This document shows positions 9,212 through 18,639 of a DNA stretch of 64,000 nucleotides, piece after piece; position 1 is the stretch's first letter; each line of letters opens with the position of its first letter. Both the position numbers and the translations under genes were made by a program. The DNA is from Chitinophagales bacterium (GTDB taxonomy: Bacteria; Bacteroidota; Bacteroidia; Chitinophagales; CAIODY01). The notes beneath the pieces were generated by a model that saw only the letters and a list, made by a program, of their open reading frames with translations, was not told the origin of the DNA and ran no database searches. Where the stretch lies: positions 11,047 through 75,046 of the forward strand of contig JAPJNH010000068.1 in assembly GCA_026461075.1 (NCBI GenBank), read 5' to 3'.

Positions 9212-11668
9212 TTACTTAGAGCGTAAAGTATCTGTTTTCGTAGTGATCTTTCCAGATTTATCTTTCATGATTACCTGACGAATTTCGATTCTTTCCATGC
9301 CAGCACCTTTTGGTAGACGACCGGGTTTGCAATATTTCTCATCATCAGCTTCGGCACCTTTCCCTTCTTTGCAACATTCTGACATTTCCATTTCCTTACA
9401 TTCACCACCATGACCTTTCATCATCATTTCGTGGCAATGTTCCATCATCATAGCGCAAGAAGCACTGTCTTTGCATTCCATCATCATCATTTTGCACTCC
9501 ATTTGTTTTCCTTCTCCAGGACAATTTGTCGTATGGTGAATTGAAGCTAATGTTGGCGCGATAACTAATGAAACAATCGACATTAATTTGATCAAGATAT
9601 TCATAGACGGTCCAGATGTATCTTTAAATGGATCACCAACTGTATCACCAGTTACTGAAGCCTTATGTGGTTCGGACTTTTTATAGAACATTTCACCATT
9701 GATCTCAACACCTTTCTCGAAAGATTTTTTAGCGTTATCCCAAGCACCACCGGCGTTGTTTTGGAACATACCAATTAATACACCACTCACGGTAGCACCT
9801 GCTAACATACCTCCTAACACTTCTGGTCCGAAAATGAAACCAACGATAATTGGAGCTAAGATAGCCAAAGCACCTGGCAACATCATTTTCTTAATTGAAG
9901 CAGCAGTAGAAATTTGAACACATTTATCGTATTCAGGTTTCGCTTTACCTTCCAAGATTCCTGGAATTTCACGGAACTGACGACGAACCTCTTCCACCAT
10001 TGCCATTGCCGCTTGTCCAACGGCAGTGATTGCTAAAGAGGAGAAGATGAAAGGAATCATTCCTCCGACAAATAAACCTGCTAATACATCTGCTTTATAA
10101 ATATCAATTCCATCAATTTTAGCTATACCAACGAATGCTGCAAAAAGAGCTAAAGCTGTTAATGCTGCAGAAGCAATCGCAAAACCTTTACCCGTTGCTG
10201 CTGTAGTGTTACCTACTGCATCCAAGATATCGGTACGTTCACGCACTTCTTTAGGCAATTCAGACATTTCCGCAATACCACCTGCGTTATCCGCAATTGG
10301 TCCGAAAGCATCAATAGCCAACTGCATAGCAGTGGTAGCCATCATACCTGCAGCTGCGATAGCTACACCATATAAACCTGCGAATTTGTAAGAACCCATG
10401 ATACCAGCAGCCAAAACGATAATAGGCAAGAAAGTAGATTCCATACCAATTGCTAAACCACCGATGATATTAGTCGCATGACCTGTTGAAGATTGACGAA
10501 CGATGTTTAATACAGGGCGTTTACCCATTGCTGTATAATATTCAGTAATGATACTCATCAAGGTACCTACCGCAAGACCAACGCAAATAGCTCCGAATAC
10601 ACCCATATTAGTAAAGGTAGTACCGCGTAATTCCATTTGTTCAGGCAATATAAATTTAACCATGAAGAAAGAAGCAACCGCTGTTAAAACGATACTTCCC
10701 CAGTTACCCATATTAAGTGCCTTTTGAACCTTTTCTGCTGTTCCTTTACCATCATCAGAAATACGAACGAAGAAAGTACCGATAATTGAGAAGATAATTC
10801 CCATACCTGCAATAAGCATTGGGAAAAGTATTGGCGCCAAGCCATCAAATTTATCCGCTCCGATAGTTGTTGTTTCACGTCCTAAAACCATTGTAGCTAA
10901 AACGGTAGCAACATAAGAACCGAACAAATCGGCACCCATACCAGCTACGTCACCTACGTTGTCACCCACGTTATCTGCAATGGTTGCAGGGTTACGAGGA
11001 TCATCTTCAGGAATACCTGCTTCTACTTTACCAACAAGATCAGCGCCTACGTCAGCCGCTTTCGTATAAATACCACCACCCACACGTGCAAATAATGCAA
11101 TGGATTCAGCACCTAATGAAAAACCAGTTAATACTTCAATAGTACGCTCCATTTCTACAGAAGAAACGCCGGTAGCACCGAAATACGCTTTCAATACTAA
11201 GAATAATCCACCTAATCCCAAAACCGCTAAACCGGCAACACCCATTCCCATTACAGAACCGCCAGTGAAAGACACTTTCAAGGCTTGCGCCAAGCTAGTA
11301 CGAGCCGCTTGTGCAGTACGAACATTCGATTTTGTAGCGATGCGCATACCGATAAAACCTGCAAGTGCAGAGAAAACGGCACCAATCACAAAGGCAACTG
11401 CAATCGACCAGTGACTGTTAGCGTTACGCGTGCCCATAAAGCCTAATGCCAAAGCTGCGATAACAACGAAATAACTTAAAATCTTGTATTCAGCTTTCAA
11501 GAAAGCCATAGCTCCTTCAGCAATATACGTGCTGATTTCTTTCATACGAGCATCCCCTGCGTCTTGACGACTTACCCAGCTGCTTTTTAAAGCAGTGAAA
11601 ATCAAGGCGATAACGCCAAAAAGAGGAACTAAAACTAACAATTGCGCTGATGTAATCTGTAGTAACAT
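9212..11668 (-). CDS. hppA: K+-dependent-type membrane-bound pyrophosphatase (H+ or Na+ translocating) with an atypical C-terminal extension
   Basis: 818-aa polytopic ORF with M-PPase motifs ([44 protein letters not shown]). GNTTAA, rather than GNTTKA, marks the K+-dependent class. The last 108 aa are non-canonical (see findings). Confidence 0.93.
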   Translation of the reverse strand: MLLQITSAQLLVLVPLFGVIALIFTALKSSWVSRQDAGDARMKEISTYIAEGAMAFLKAEYKILSYFVVIAALALGFMGTRNANSHWSIAVAFVIGAVFSALAGFIGMRIATKSNVRTAQAARTSLAQALKVSFTGGSVMGMGVAGLAVLGLGGLFLVLKAYFGATGVSSVEMERTIEVLTGFSLGAESIALFARVGGGIYTKAADVGADLVGKVEAGIPEDDPRNPATIADNVGDNVGDVAGMGADLFGSYVATVLATMVLGRETTTIGADKFDGLAPILFPMLIAGMGIIFSIIGTFFVRISDDGKGTAEKVQKALNMGNWGSIVLTAVASFFMVKFILPEQMELRGTTFTNMGVFGAICVGLAVGTLMSIITEYYTAMGKRPVLNIVRQSSTGHATNIIGGLAIGMESTFLPIIVLAAGIMGSYKFAGLYGVAIAAAGMMATTAMQLAIDAFGPIADNAGGIAEMSELPKEVRERTDILDAVGNTTAATGKGFAIASAALTALALFAAFVGIAKIDGIDIYKADVLAGLFVGGMIPFIFSSLAITAVGQAAMAMVEEVRRQFREIPGILEGKAKPEYDKCVQISTAASIKKMMLPGALAILAPIIVGFIFGPEVLGGMLAGATVSGVLIGMFQNNAGGAWDNAKKSFEKGVEINGEMFYKKSEPHKASVTGDTVGDPFKDTSGPSMNILIKLMSIVSLVIAPTLASIHHTTNCPGEGKQMECKMMMMECKDSASCAMMMEHCHEMMMKGHGGECKEMEMSECCKEGKGAEADDEKYCKPGRLPKGAGMERIEIRQVIMKDKSGKITTKTDTLRSK

Positions 11669-11703
11669 AATGTTAAATTCGATAAATCGTTTTTTGTGGA
11701 CGG

Positions 11704-11711
11704 CAAAAATA
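11704..11711 (-). promoter_or_regulatory. Candidate -7 promoter box (TATTTTTG on the minus strand) for hppA
   Basis: Exact TAnnTTTG match 36 nt upstream of the hppA ATG, inside the 109-nt gap after the DUF4249 gene. Confidence 0.3.
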
Positions 11712-11777
11712 GCATTTTAGCTCGAAAAATCGAAACCTTCGGGCTGAATTATCCACATTTATATAAAAAGTCGCAAA

Positions 11778-12722
11778 TTATGGCAGGCGAAAACGTTTAA
11801 CAACTTGAGCACCAATCATTCCGTAACCATTCGTAACGTTGGTGGTTATTTGTGAAGGCTCGGCAAAAGGATTGCCATTCGTATCCCAATAACTGTCTAC
11901 AGATTGTAAATATTGATAGTAGTCCTTCGTAACACTTAAAACCTCCAGGTAATAAATACCAGCAACAAAACTCCCCCAACCACCCTTGTAAATGGCAAAA
12001 TGTATTTCGCCTTCATAGGTGCCATTGTTAAAAATTGCATCATTCAAGTACAACTTATTGGATGATTCAGTGGCTCCTTGTAGCCCATTCAAATCTTGTA
12101 GATTTAAATTATTCGTTCCAATACTTGCATCCAAATAACCCATGAAAGAAGAATCAAATTGACTCACACGAATCAAATAATAATTCTTGTTATTTTGATC
12201 AAGATCCACAATTTTGAATTTTATACTCTTTCCATCCGTTGTCTGAGAACCACCTCCAAAACCTCCACCTACAGACAACAAAACATCATCCACACATAAG
12301 GTATCAACTTTAGGAATAATAGGTACGCTTACTTCAGCAACTACATCCGCAAAGCCGGATTTTACAGCTTTGACAGTATACGTGTGTCCTGGTAAAAAAG
12401 ATAAATTAGAGTCCACATAATTTCCTTCAATCGGTGTCGACCAAGGATTAGAATTAAGTGCAGGCACATAATGCAAGGTGCTTAGCAAGTTTCCATTTTC
12501 ATAGACCTTAACGCTACCGTCATTAACATAAGCCGGCAAATTACCCGACTTCGCAGAAATCGAACTAGATAAATTTAATACCAAAACACTATCCAGCTGT
12601 ATGAGTCCATTCATCACGAGTCTTGGTGTCGTTTCCGGAATAGGTAAATCAATATCCTTTGTGCAACTATTAAGTGAAATTGCGAAACAAAAAAGCGATA
12701 AAACAAGTATTGCGTTACGCAT
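11778..12722 (-). CDS. DUF4249-like lipoprotein (partner of the upstream TonB-dependent receptor)
   Basis: 314-aa ORF with a lipoprotein signal (LSLFCFAISLNSC). The overall pattern matches my recollection of the Bacteroidota DUF4249 family. It begins 4 nt after the receptor stop. Confidence 0.6.
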   Translation of the reverse strand: MRNAILVLSLFCFAISLNSCTKDIDLPIPETTPRLVMNGLIQLDSVLVLNLSSSISAKSGNLPAYVNDGSVKVYENGNLLSTLHYVPALNSNPWSTPIEGNYVDSNLSFLPGHTYTVKAVKSGFADVVAEVSVPIIPKVDTLCVDDVLLSVGGGFGGGSQTTDGKSIKFKIVDLDQNNKNYYLIRVSQFDSSFMGYLDASIGTNNLNLQDLNGLQGATESSNKLYLNDAIFNNGTYEGEIHFAIYKGGWGSFVAGIYYLEVLSVTKDYYQYLQSVDSYWDTNGNPFAEPSQITTNVTNGYGMIGAQVVKRFRLP

Positions 12723-12726
12723 AGTC

Positions 12727-15105
12727 TTAGAATTTAAAATTTAAGGTGAAAGCAGGAAGAATTGGGAAAATAGTCACTTTACGCAGAACAGGCTTTCCAT
12801 AATCATCCACTGTTTTATATACAAAAAACGCGTTCAAACGATTGTAAGCATTATATACAGAAACATTATAGGTCAATTCAAACTTCTTATAGTACTTATG
12901 AAAATTCGCTCCGATATCTAAGCGATGATAAGAAGGCATGCGAAATTCATTTACCCCAGTAGCATTATCAATAACCATATTATACCCGGATTGCATTCCA
13001 TAAGGAGAATTCGCCAAACCATAATAACGGTCTGTAGCCAATGTGAGCGCATTACCTGTACTATAGACCCATGTAGCACTGACATCAATTTTCTTAGAAA
13101 ACTCATGCGATACTACTACCCCAATATCATGTCTGCGATCGTATTTGTAAAAATACTTAATACCGTTGTTTTTATCGTTGAATTGGCGATAGGCCCAAGA
13201 TAAAGTATACCCTATCCAACCGGTTGTTTTACCGAATTTTCTTTGAAGGAATAATTCACTACCGTAGGACCACGCCTTGCCGTTCGTGACTTTATTTTGC
13301 CAATCTTGACCGCCTAATAAAAAGCTTGCTCCGTTTTTATATTCTATTACATTCGACATCGATTTATAATAGCCTTCAATTGAAAATTCGTAATTGTCCT
13401 TGAAAGTATATGCAAATCCTGCGGCATATTGAATGGCTTGTTGCGGTGCAACCTTCTTCGTGGCCGGCACCCAGAAATCCGTTGGCAAGCCTATTCCACT
13501 ATTTGTTAACAGATGCAAATACTGCGTCATTTTCGAAGCCGAAACTTTAAAGCTCAAATCAGGATTGATTAAATAGCGTGCTGAAATACGCGGTTGTAAA
13601 GAGCGATAGGTTGTATCTGTTAATTTGAAGACTGACCCATGCAAACCGAAGTTAACCTTTAAACGTTTACTAAGGTTCCAGTCATCTTCTACATATAAGA
13701 ACCCTTCATGTGCGTAGATATTTTGACTACCAAACGTTGTATCCATAGATGTACCACTAACGTTCAACTTAAATGCGGTAACACCAGGCTTAAAGGTATG
13801 ATAGATATAGTTTGATCCAAAACGGATATGGTGTGCTGCATTCGGTAAATAATCAAAATCAAGTTTTAGACCATCGTCAAAAATACCTGAGAGATAGCCG
13901 ATTCCAAATGCTTGCGTTTGTGTGGAGCCGGTTGTAAGATCACGCGTAGTAGAGGTATTTTCGGCTCCGATATTGAAATTATATCTCGAATAAGTAGCTG
14001 TAAGATTCATGAACAATTTAGGATTTACTACGTGATTCCAACGAAGTGCAGTCGTAATATTCCCCCAGTTCAATGTAGAACTTAATTTATCCGTAAAAAC
14101 AGTTTGATTGTCTGAAAAACTCGTGCTAGCCTTTAATCCGAAGACGTCCTTTCCTAAATAACTACTCAAAAACAACCGATCTTTATCCGAAAACTTGTGA
14201 TTAATTTTTGCATTCAAATCATAAAAGTAATAGCCTAAAGAGCCTTGTCTTTGCGAGAGCAAATAAGATATCGGGCGCATGAACAAATCTGCATAAGTAC
14301 GTCGACCTGAAATAAGAAAAGTGGTATTCTGGTCTTTAATAGGCCCTTCAATTGTAAGTCGAGAAGAGATAAGTCCTACCCCACCTTCAACTTTCATTTT
14401 TTTATTATTTCCTTCTTTCATGTTGATGTCAATTACAGATGACAAACGTCCTCCGTAACGTGCAGGAAAGCCTCCTTTTACGAGAGAGACGTTATTAATC
14501 GCGTCTCCGTTAAATACAGAAAAGAAGCCAAACAAATGGTTTACATTATAAACTTGCACACCGTCCAAAAGGATTAGATTTTGATCGGGTCCACCACCTC
14601 TCACGTAAATCCCACTTGCCCCTTCCGTTCCTTTCGCCACCCCTGGAAGTAATTGAATCACCTTCAAAACATCGACCTCACCGAATAGCGCAGGTATTTT
14701 CTTGATTTGCGCGACAGGGATTTGAATAGTCGACATTTCTGATTTTTCCTGGATACGATTTCCGGCACTACGGTCTGCATTAATTTGCACTTCTTTGCTT
14801 TGAATTAAAGCGAGTTCGACATTGAAATTATGGGCTTTTCGACCAATGAAAGTTTTCTTGACCGACAGACAACCCACATAACTAAACGTTAATTGCACGG
14901 TATCTTTATCGAAGCTGATGCTATAAAAACCGAATTCATTAGTAACGGTTCCAACTGCTTGATTATAGACGAAAGCTCCGAACAATTTCTCTCCAGAGGT
15001 GCTGTCGGTAACGAAGCCGGAGATGGTCATTTTCTGAGCCGATACCGGTTTGGTGGATAAGAGAGCACAAAATAATAAGGCAAAAACAATGTAACTGAAG
15101 CGCAT
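12727..15105 (-). CDS. TonB-dependent receptor with an N-terminal carboxypeptidase-regulatory-like domain
   Basis: The signal peptide MRFSYIVFALLFCALLSTKPVSAQ is followed by a CarboxypepD_reg-like segment (ISGFVTDSTSGEKLFGAFVY), a plug, and a long beta-barrel ending in an aromatic residue (NFKF). The TTG start at 15144 in the ORF track is probably an artefact. Confidence 0.85.
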   Translation of the reverse strand: MRFSYIVFALLFCALLSTKPVSAQKMTISGFVTDSTSGEKLFGAFVYNQAVGTVTNEFGFYSISFDKDTVQLTFSYVGCLSVKKTFIGRKAHNFNVELALIQSKEVQINADRSAGNRIQEKSEMSTIQIPVAQIKKIPALFGEVDVLKVIQLLPGVAKGTEGASGIYVRGGGPDQNLILLDGVQVYNVNHLFGFFSVFNGDAINNVSLVKGGFPARYGGRLSSVIDINMKEGNNKKMKVEGGVGLISSRLTIEGPIKDQNTTFLISGRRTYADLFMRPISYLLSQRQGSLGYYFYDLNAKINHKFSDKDRLFLSSYLGKDVFGLKASTSFSDNQTVFTDKLSSTLNWGNITTALRWNHVVNPKLFMNLTATYSRYNFNIGAENTSTTRDLTTGSTQTQAFGIGYLSGIFDDGLKLDFDYLPNAAHHIRFGSNYIYHTFKPGVTAFKLNVSGTSMDTTFGSQNIYAHEGFLYVEDDWNLSKRLKVNFGLHGSVFKLTDTTYRSLQPRISARYLINPDLSFKVSASKMTQYLHLLTNSGIGLPTDFWVPATKKVAPQQAIQYAAGFAYTFKDNYEFSIEGYYKSMSNVIEYKNGASFLLGGQDWQNKVTNGKAWSYGSELFLQRKFGKTTGWIGYTLSWAYRQFNDKNNGIKYFYKYDRRHDIGVVVSHEFSKKIDVSATWVYSTGNALTLATDRYYGLANSPYGMQSGYNMVIDNATGVNEFRMPSYHRLDIGANFHKYYKKFELTYNVSVYNAYNRLNAFFVYKTVDDYGKPVLRKVTIFPILPAFTLNFKF

Positions 15106-15251
15106 AGCGGGATAGAGTTTAAAAGGGAAATTATCAAAAGACAAATTTCTGAATACAAATAACGCTCACGCAACCCTAATTATTATGAGAACCAATATAT
15201 TTCTTTAAAAAGTTTTCAAATCTCAAAAAAACAACGATATTAGCAGGTCTG

Positions 15252-16274
15252 GTGCAAGACCTATCGAAATACATACAGCAGTTGATGACCAGCAATGATT
15301 GCGTGGTGCTTCCAAACTTTGGTGCTATCCTTGGCACAGAGGTTTCGGCTGAGTTTTCGATGTTAGAGAAATGCATTATTCCTCCTTCAAAACGTTTGAG
15401 CTTTAACCCAAGCATTCAACAGAATGATGGTTTATTACAAACGCATATTGCATTTAGCGAGGGGATTTCTTTCGAACAAGCGGGCAGTCTAATGCAAACG
15501 GCTATTGCCTTGATTAATTCACGTTTAATCAATCGTGAAATTGTTCATTTGAAAGAAATCGGACGTTTTAGACTGGATTTAGATGGTTGCATACAATTCG
15601 AGCATGTTAGTGAATTGAATTTCTCAGCACAATCCTTTGGCTTACCTAGTTTGACAATGGAGCCTATTTTGCGTGAAGAAAGAAAAGAAGAACAGATTAA
15701 AGAATTCGTTGCACATCAAGAAAAACCAATCCACGAAACATTAACGGTTCCTGTTCAAGCTGGAGATAAAGAATCAGCTTGGAAGATTAGCTGGAAAATT
15801 GCAGCGTCTACTATTCTTGTGGTTGGCTTGGCTGTAGGATTATTAGTTTGGCAGAATAAATTTGCGAACAAAGGATCCAATTTTCAAGGTCAGAGAGCTT
15901 ACGAATCAACCCTTGCGGTACATGATTCTCCAAATATTCCTGCGAAGGTAGCTGTGCAAGCATCTGCAAAAGCAAGCGTTACCAACAATCAATCGGAGGA
16001 GTTTAAATCAAGTATTGCGGAAAATTATACCGACTACTTAAAAGACGCACAACAATCTTATTTCCTTTCTTTTCATACTACCAATGATTTAAGAGAAGCA
16101 GAAAAGGTAAAGAATGGTTACCGTAAAGAAGGAATGGATGCTAGAATTGTACAAAAAGAGGGTGTTTATCATATTTGTCTGTATTACTTCGTAAGAGCTT
16201 CACAAATCGACTCTATTCAGTCTGAATTAGAAAGTGAAACTCAATTAATTACTACTGTTATCAGTAATAATTAA
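15252..16274 (+). CDS. HU-CCDC81-like N-terminal domain / SPOR-like C-terminal domain membrane protein
   Basis: GTG start. The N-terminus (DLSKYIQQLMTSNDCVVLPNFGAILG) matches the conserved HU-CCDC81-type bacterial domain. There is one TM segment (IAASTILVVGLAVGLLVW) and a SPOR-like tail. Confidence 0.6.
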   Translation: MQDLSKYIQQLMTSNDCVVLPNFGAILGTEVSAEFSMLEKCIIPPSKRLSFNPSIQQNDGLLQTHIAFSEGISFEQAGSLMQTAIALINSRLINREIVHLKEIGRFRLDLDGCIQFEHVSELNFSAQSFGLPSLTMEPILREERKEEQIKEFVAHQEKPIHETLTVPVQAGDKESAWKISWKIAASTILVVGLAVGLLVWQNKFANKGSNFQGQRAYESTLAVHDSPNIPAKVAVQASAKASVTNNQSEEFKSSIAENYTDYLKDAQQSYFLSFHTTNDLREAEKVKNGYRKEGMDARIVQKEGVYHICLYYFVRASQIDSIQSELESETQLITTVISNN

Positions 16275-16323
16275 TAATTAGACGGTTTTTTCGTTTAAGA
16301 TTTCCTTTTTCATATAAAAAATG

Positions 16324-16331
16324 TATCTTTG
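16324..16331 (+). promoter_or_regulatory. Candidate -7 promoter box (TATCTTTG) for rplKAJL
   Basis: Exact TAnnTTTG match 88 nt upstream of the rplK ATG. The extended 12-mer GTATCTTTGCGG is shared with the ettA promoter candidate. Confidence 0.4.
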
Positions 16332-16419
16332 CGGTCCCGAAAAGTGGGCTTAAGTATCGTTTCGGCTTCCACGAAGCAAGAAAAAGTTCATTTTAGGTTA
16401 AAGATTAAAAACAAAAACA

Positions 16420-16857
16420 ATGGCTAAAGAAATTGCAACGTATGTAAAACTGCAGTGCAAAGGCGGACAGGCTAACCCTGCACCTCCTATTGGTCCAGCT
16501 TTGGGTTCTAAGGGTATTAATATCATGGAATTCTGTAAGCAGTTCAATGCACGCACGCAGGATAAAATGGGGAAAGTATTGCCTGTATTAATTACAGTTT
16601 ATACAGATAAGTCATTTGACTTCATCATCAAAACTCCTCCAGCAGCAGTACAAGTTATGGAAGCTGCAAAATTGCAAAGTGGTTCTAAAGAGCCAAACCG
16701 TAACAAGGTTGGTAAAATCACTTGGGAACAAGTTAGAGCAATCGCAGAAGATAAAATGCCTGATCTTAACTGTTCTAAAGTAGAATCAGCAATGACTATG
16801 GTTGCCGGTACTGCACGCAGTATGGGTGTAACTGTAGAAGGTAATCGTCCTTTCTAA
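16420..16857 (+). CDS. rplK: 50S ribosomal protein L11
   Basis: 145 aa with the PPIGPALG motif and full-length L11 similarity. Confidence 0.97.
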   Translation: MAKEIATYVKLQCKGGQANPAPPIGPALGSKGINIMEFCKQFNARTQDKMGKVLPVLITVYTDKSFDFIIKTPPAAVQVMEAAKLQSGSKEPNRNKVGKITWEQVRAIAEDKMPDLNCSKVESAMTMVAGTARSMGVTVEGNRPF

Positions 16858-16878
16858 TTTTAAATAACAACATTAACC

Positions 16879-17580
16879 ATGGCATTAACGAAAAAAAGAA
16901 AAAGCGTAGCTAACTTGGTTAACAAAGATGCTGTTTATTCAATTAAACAAGCTACTGAGTTAATTAAGAAGCTAAACACCACCAAGTTTGACGCGTCTGT
17001 TGACGTTCATATTCGCTTGGGAGTTGATCCAAAGAAAGCCGACCAGGCTGTTCGCGGTGTTGTTACCCTTCCTCACGGAACAGGTAAAGACAAGCGAGTT
17101 TTGGTATTATGTACACCTGATAAAGAAGCAGAAGCAACTGCAGCAGGTGCTGACCACGTAGGTTTAGATGATTATATCAGCAAAATCGAAAAAGGTTGGG
17201 TAGATATCGACGTTATCATTGCAACTCCGGCAGTAATGCCTAAGTTAGGTAAATTAGGTAAAGTATTAGGTCCTCGTAACTTAATGCCAAACCCTAAGAC
17301 CGGCACTGTAACTACCGATGTAGCTTCAGCTGTTAAAGAAGTGAAATTAGGTAAGATTGCTTTCAAATTAGATAAGCAAGCTATCATCCACACTTCAATC
17401 GGTCGTGTATCATTCTCTCCAGAGAAGTTACAAGATAACGCGATGGAATTAATCAATACAATCGTTAAAATGAAGCCTCAAAGTGCTAAAGGTACTTACC
17501 TTAAGAGCATCTTTATCGCTACAACGATGAGTCCATCCGTACAAATCGATACGAAATTACTTACTTCATCTGTAAACTAA
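16879..17580 (+). CDS. rplA: 50S ribosomal protein L1
   Basis: 233 aa with typical L1 sequence ([28 protein letters not shown]). Confidence 0.97.
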   Translation: MALTKKRKSVANLVNKDAVYSIKQATELIKKLNTTKFDASVDVHIRLGVDPKKADQAVRGVVTLPHGTGKDKRVLVLCTPDKEAEATAAGADHVGLDDYISKIEKGWVDIDVIIATPAVMPKLGKLGKVLGPRNLMPNPKTGTVTTDVASAVKEVKLGKIAFKLDKQAIIHTSIGRVSFSPEKLQDNAMELINTIVKMKPQSAKGTYLKSIFIATTMSPSVQIDTKLLTSSVN

Positions 17581-17589
17581 TCAACGGTC

Positions 17590-18090
17590 ATGAATAAACA
17601 AGAAAAAACGCAATTGATCGAAGAGTTGAAAGCAAAATTTGCTGAAGCAACCTTCTTCTACATTGCCGATACAACAAGTTTGACCGTAGAACAGGTCAAC
17701 AAACTCCGCAAAATGTGTTTCAAGCAAGGCGTTGAAATGAAGGTAGCTAAAAACTCCTTGATTCAAAAAGCCCTTGAAGCTAACAATCAAGCAACTCCGG
17801 AAATTATCACCGCTTTAAAAGGTCAGTCGTCAATTATGTTCTCTGAACAAAGTTCGACTCCTGCAAAAATCATCAAGGAATTCCGTGGTGCTGCAGGTGA
17901 ATTACCTCTATTGAAGTTGGCGAACATCGAATCTGAGATCTATATCGGAAACGACCAATTGGCTGCATTAGCTGCCTTGAAGTCGCGCAACGAACTCATT
18001 GCAGATGTTATCCTACTCTTGCAATCACCTGCGAAAGCTATCGCTGGTGCGCTTGAGACGCTTGCTAAAAATAAAGCGGAACAAGAATAA
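17590..18090 (+). CDS. rplJ: 50S ribosomal protein L10
   Basis: 166 aa, located between rplA and rplL, with L10-like sequence. Confidence 0.93.
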   Translation: MNKQEKTQLIEELKAKFAEATFFYIADTTSLTVEQVNKLRKMCFKQGVEMKVAKNSLIQKALEANNQATPEIITALKGQSSIMFSEQSSTPAKIIKEFRGAAGELPLLKLANIESEIYIGNDQLAALAALKSRNELIADVILLLQSPAKAIAGALETLAKNKAEQE

Positions 18091-18180
18091 GGCTTCCAAG
18101 CAACTCAATACAAAATCTAAATTTTTAAACCCGTCTACTTTCTTCGTTACATTAGAAATAGGCACAACTTAATTAAAACA

Positions 18181-18549
18181 ATGGCTGACTTAAAAGCTTT
18201 TGCTGAACAACTAGTTAATCTCACTGTTAAAGAAGTGAACGAATTAGCTGAAATTTTGAAAAATGATTACGGTATCGAGCCTGCAGTTGCTGCTGTAGCA
18301 GTTGCTGGAGGTGGTGGTGCTGCTGCTGCTGCTGAAAAAACATCATTCGACGTTATCTTGAAGTCTGGTGGTGCTAACAAATTGGCTGTAGTTAAAATCG
18401 TTAAAGATTTGACTGGTCTTGGTTTGAAAGAAGCTAAAGACTTAGTAGATGGCGCTCCAAAACCTGTTAAAGAAGGTGTTGATAAAGCTACCGCTGAAGA
18501 TTTGAAAGCTAAATTGACTGAAGCTGGTGCTGACGTTGAAATCGCTTAA
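18181..18549 (+). CDS. rplL: 50S ribosomal protein L7/L12
   Basis: 122 aa with an Ala/Gly hinge and the C-terminal domain sequence [16 protein letters not shown]. Confidence 0.97.
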   Translation: MADLKAFAEQLVNLTVKEVNELAEILKNDYGIEPAVAAVAVAGGGGAAAAAEKTSFDVILKSGGANKLAVVKIVKDLTGLGLKEAKDLVDGAPKPVKEGVDKATAEDLKAKLTEAGADVEIA

Positions 18550-18568
18550 TTCAATCTTTTGAATTCAT

Positions 18569-18598
18569 AAAAATCCCGCTTCGGCGGGATTTTTTTTT
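18569..18598 (+). terminator. Rho-independent terminator downstream of rplL
   Basis: The stem ATCCCGC (18573-18579) pairs with GCGGGAT (18584-18590) around a TTCG tetraloop, followed by a 9-nt T-run. Confidence 0.85.
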
Positions 18599-18639
18599 GC
18601 CTATACTAAACACATTGCCCTATTTATTGTTTCTTAAGA

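Noticed and set aside
9699-11414. Plus- and minus-strand ORFs of 60-104 aa (9699-9917, 10206-10391, 10684-10878, 11100-11414) overlap hppA.
   Set aside because: These are shadow ORFs in or opposite a conserved membrane-protein gene. Their Pro/Ala/Ile-rich translations are typical of the antisense frames of hydrophobic proteins.
11749-11757. A perfect DnaA-box consensus TTATCCACA lies in the DUF4249/hppA spacer, raising the question of a possible oriC.
   Set aside because: It is a single isolated box with no cluster, no adjacent AT-rich unwinding element and no dnaA or dnaN nearby. One exact 9-mer match on either strand is roughly expected by chance in 64 kb.
15106-15144. The longest-ORF track gives N-terminal extensions for the TonB receptor here, and likewise at 48111-48131 (trxA), 49867-49902, 60896-60970, 33201-33254 and 6519-6572.
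   Set aside because: - The extensions begin at TTG or GTG codons, or add residues upstream of clear signal peptides or conserved N-termini.
- In one case (60896-60970) the extension contains the gene's own promoter box.
- Shorter starts are therefore preferred.
18309-18333. A (GGT)3(GCT)5 triplet repeat was noticed.
   Set aside because: It encodes the normal Gly/Ala flexible hinge of ribosomal protein L7/L12. It is not an independent repeat element.
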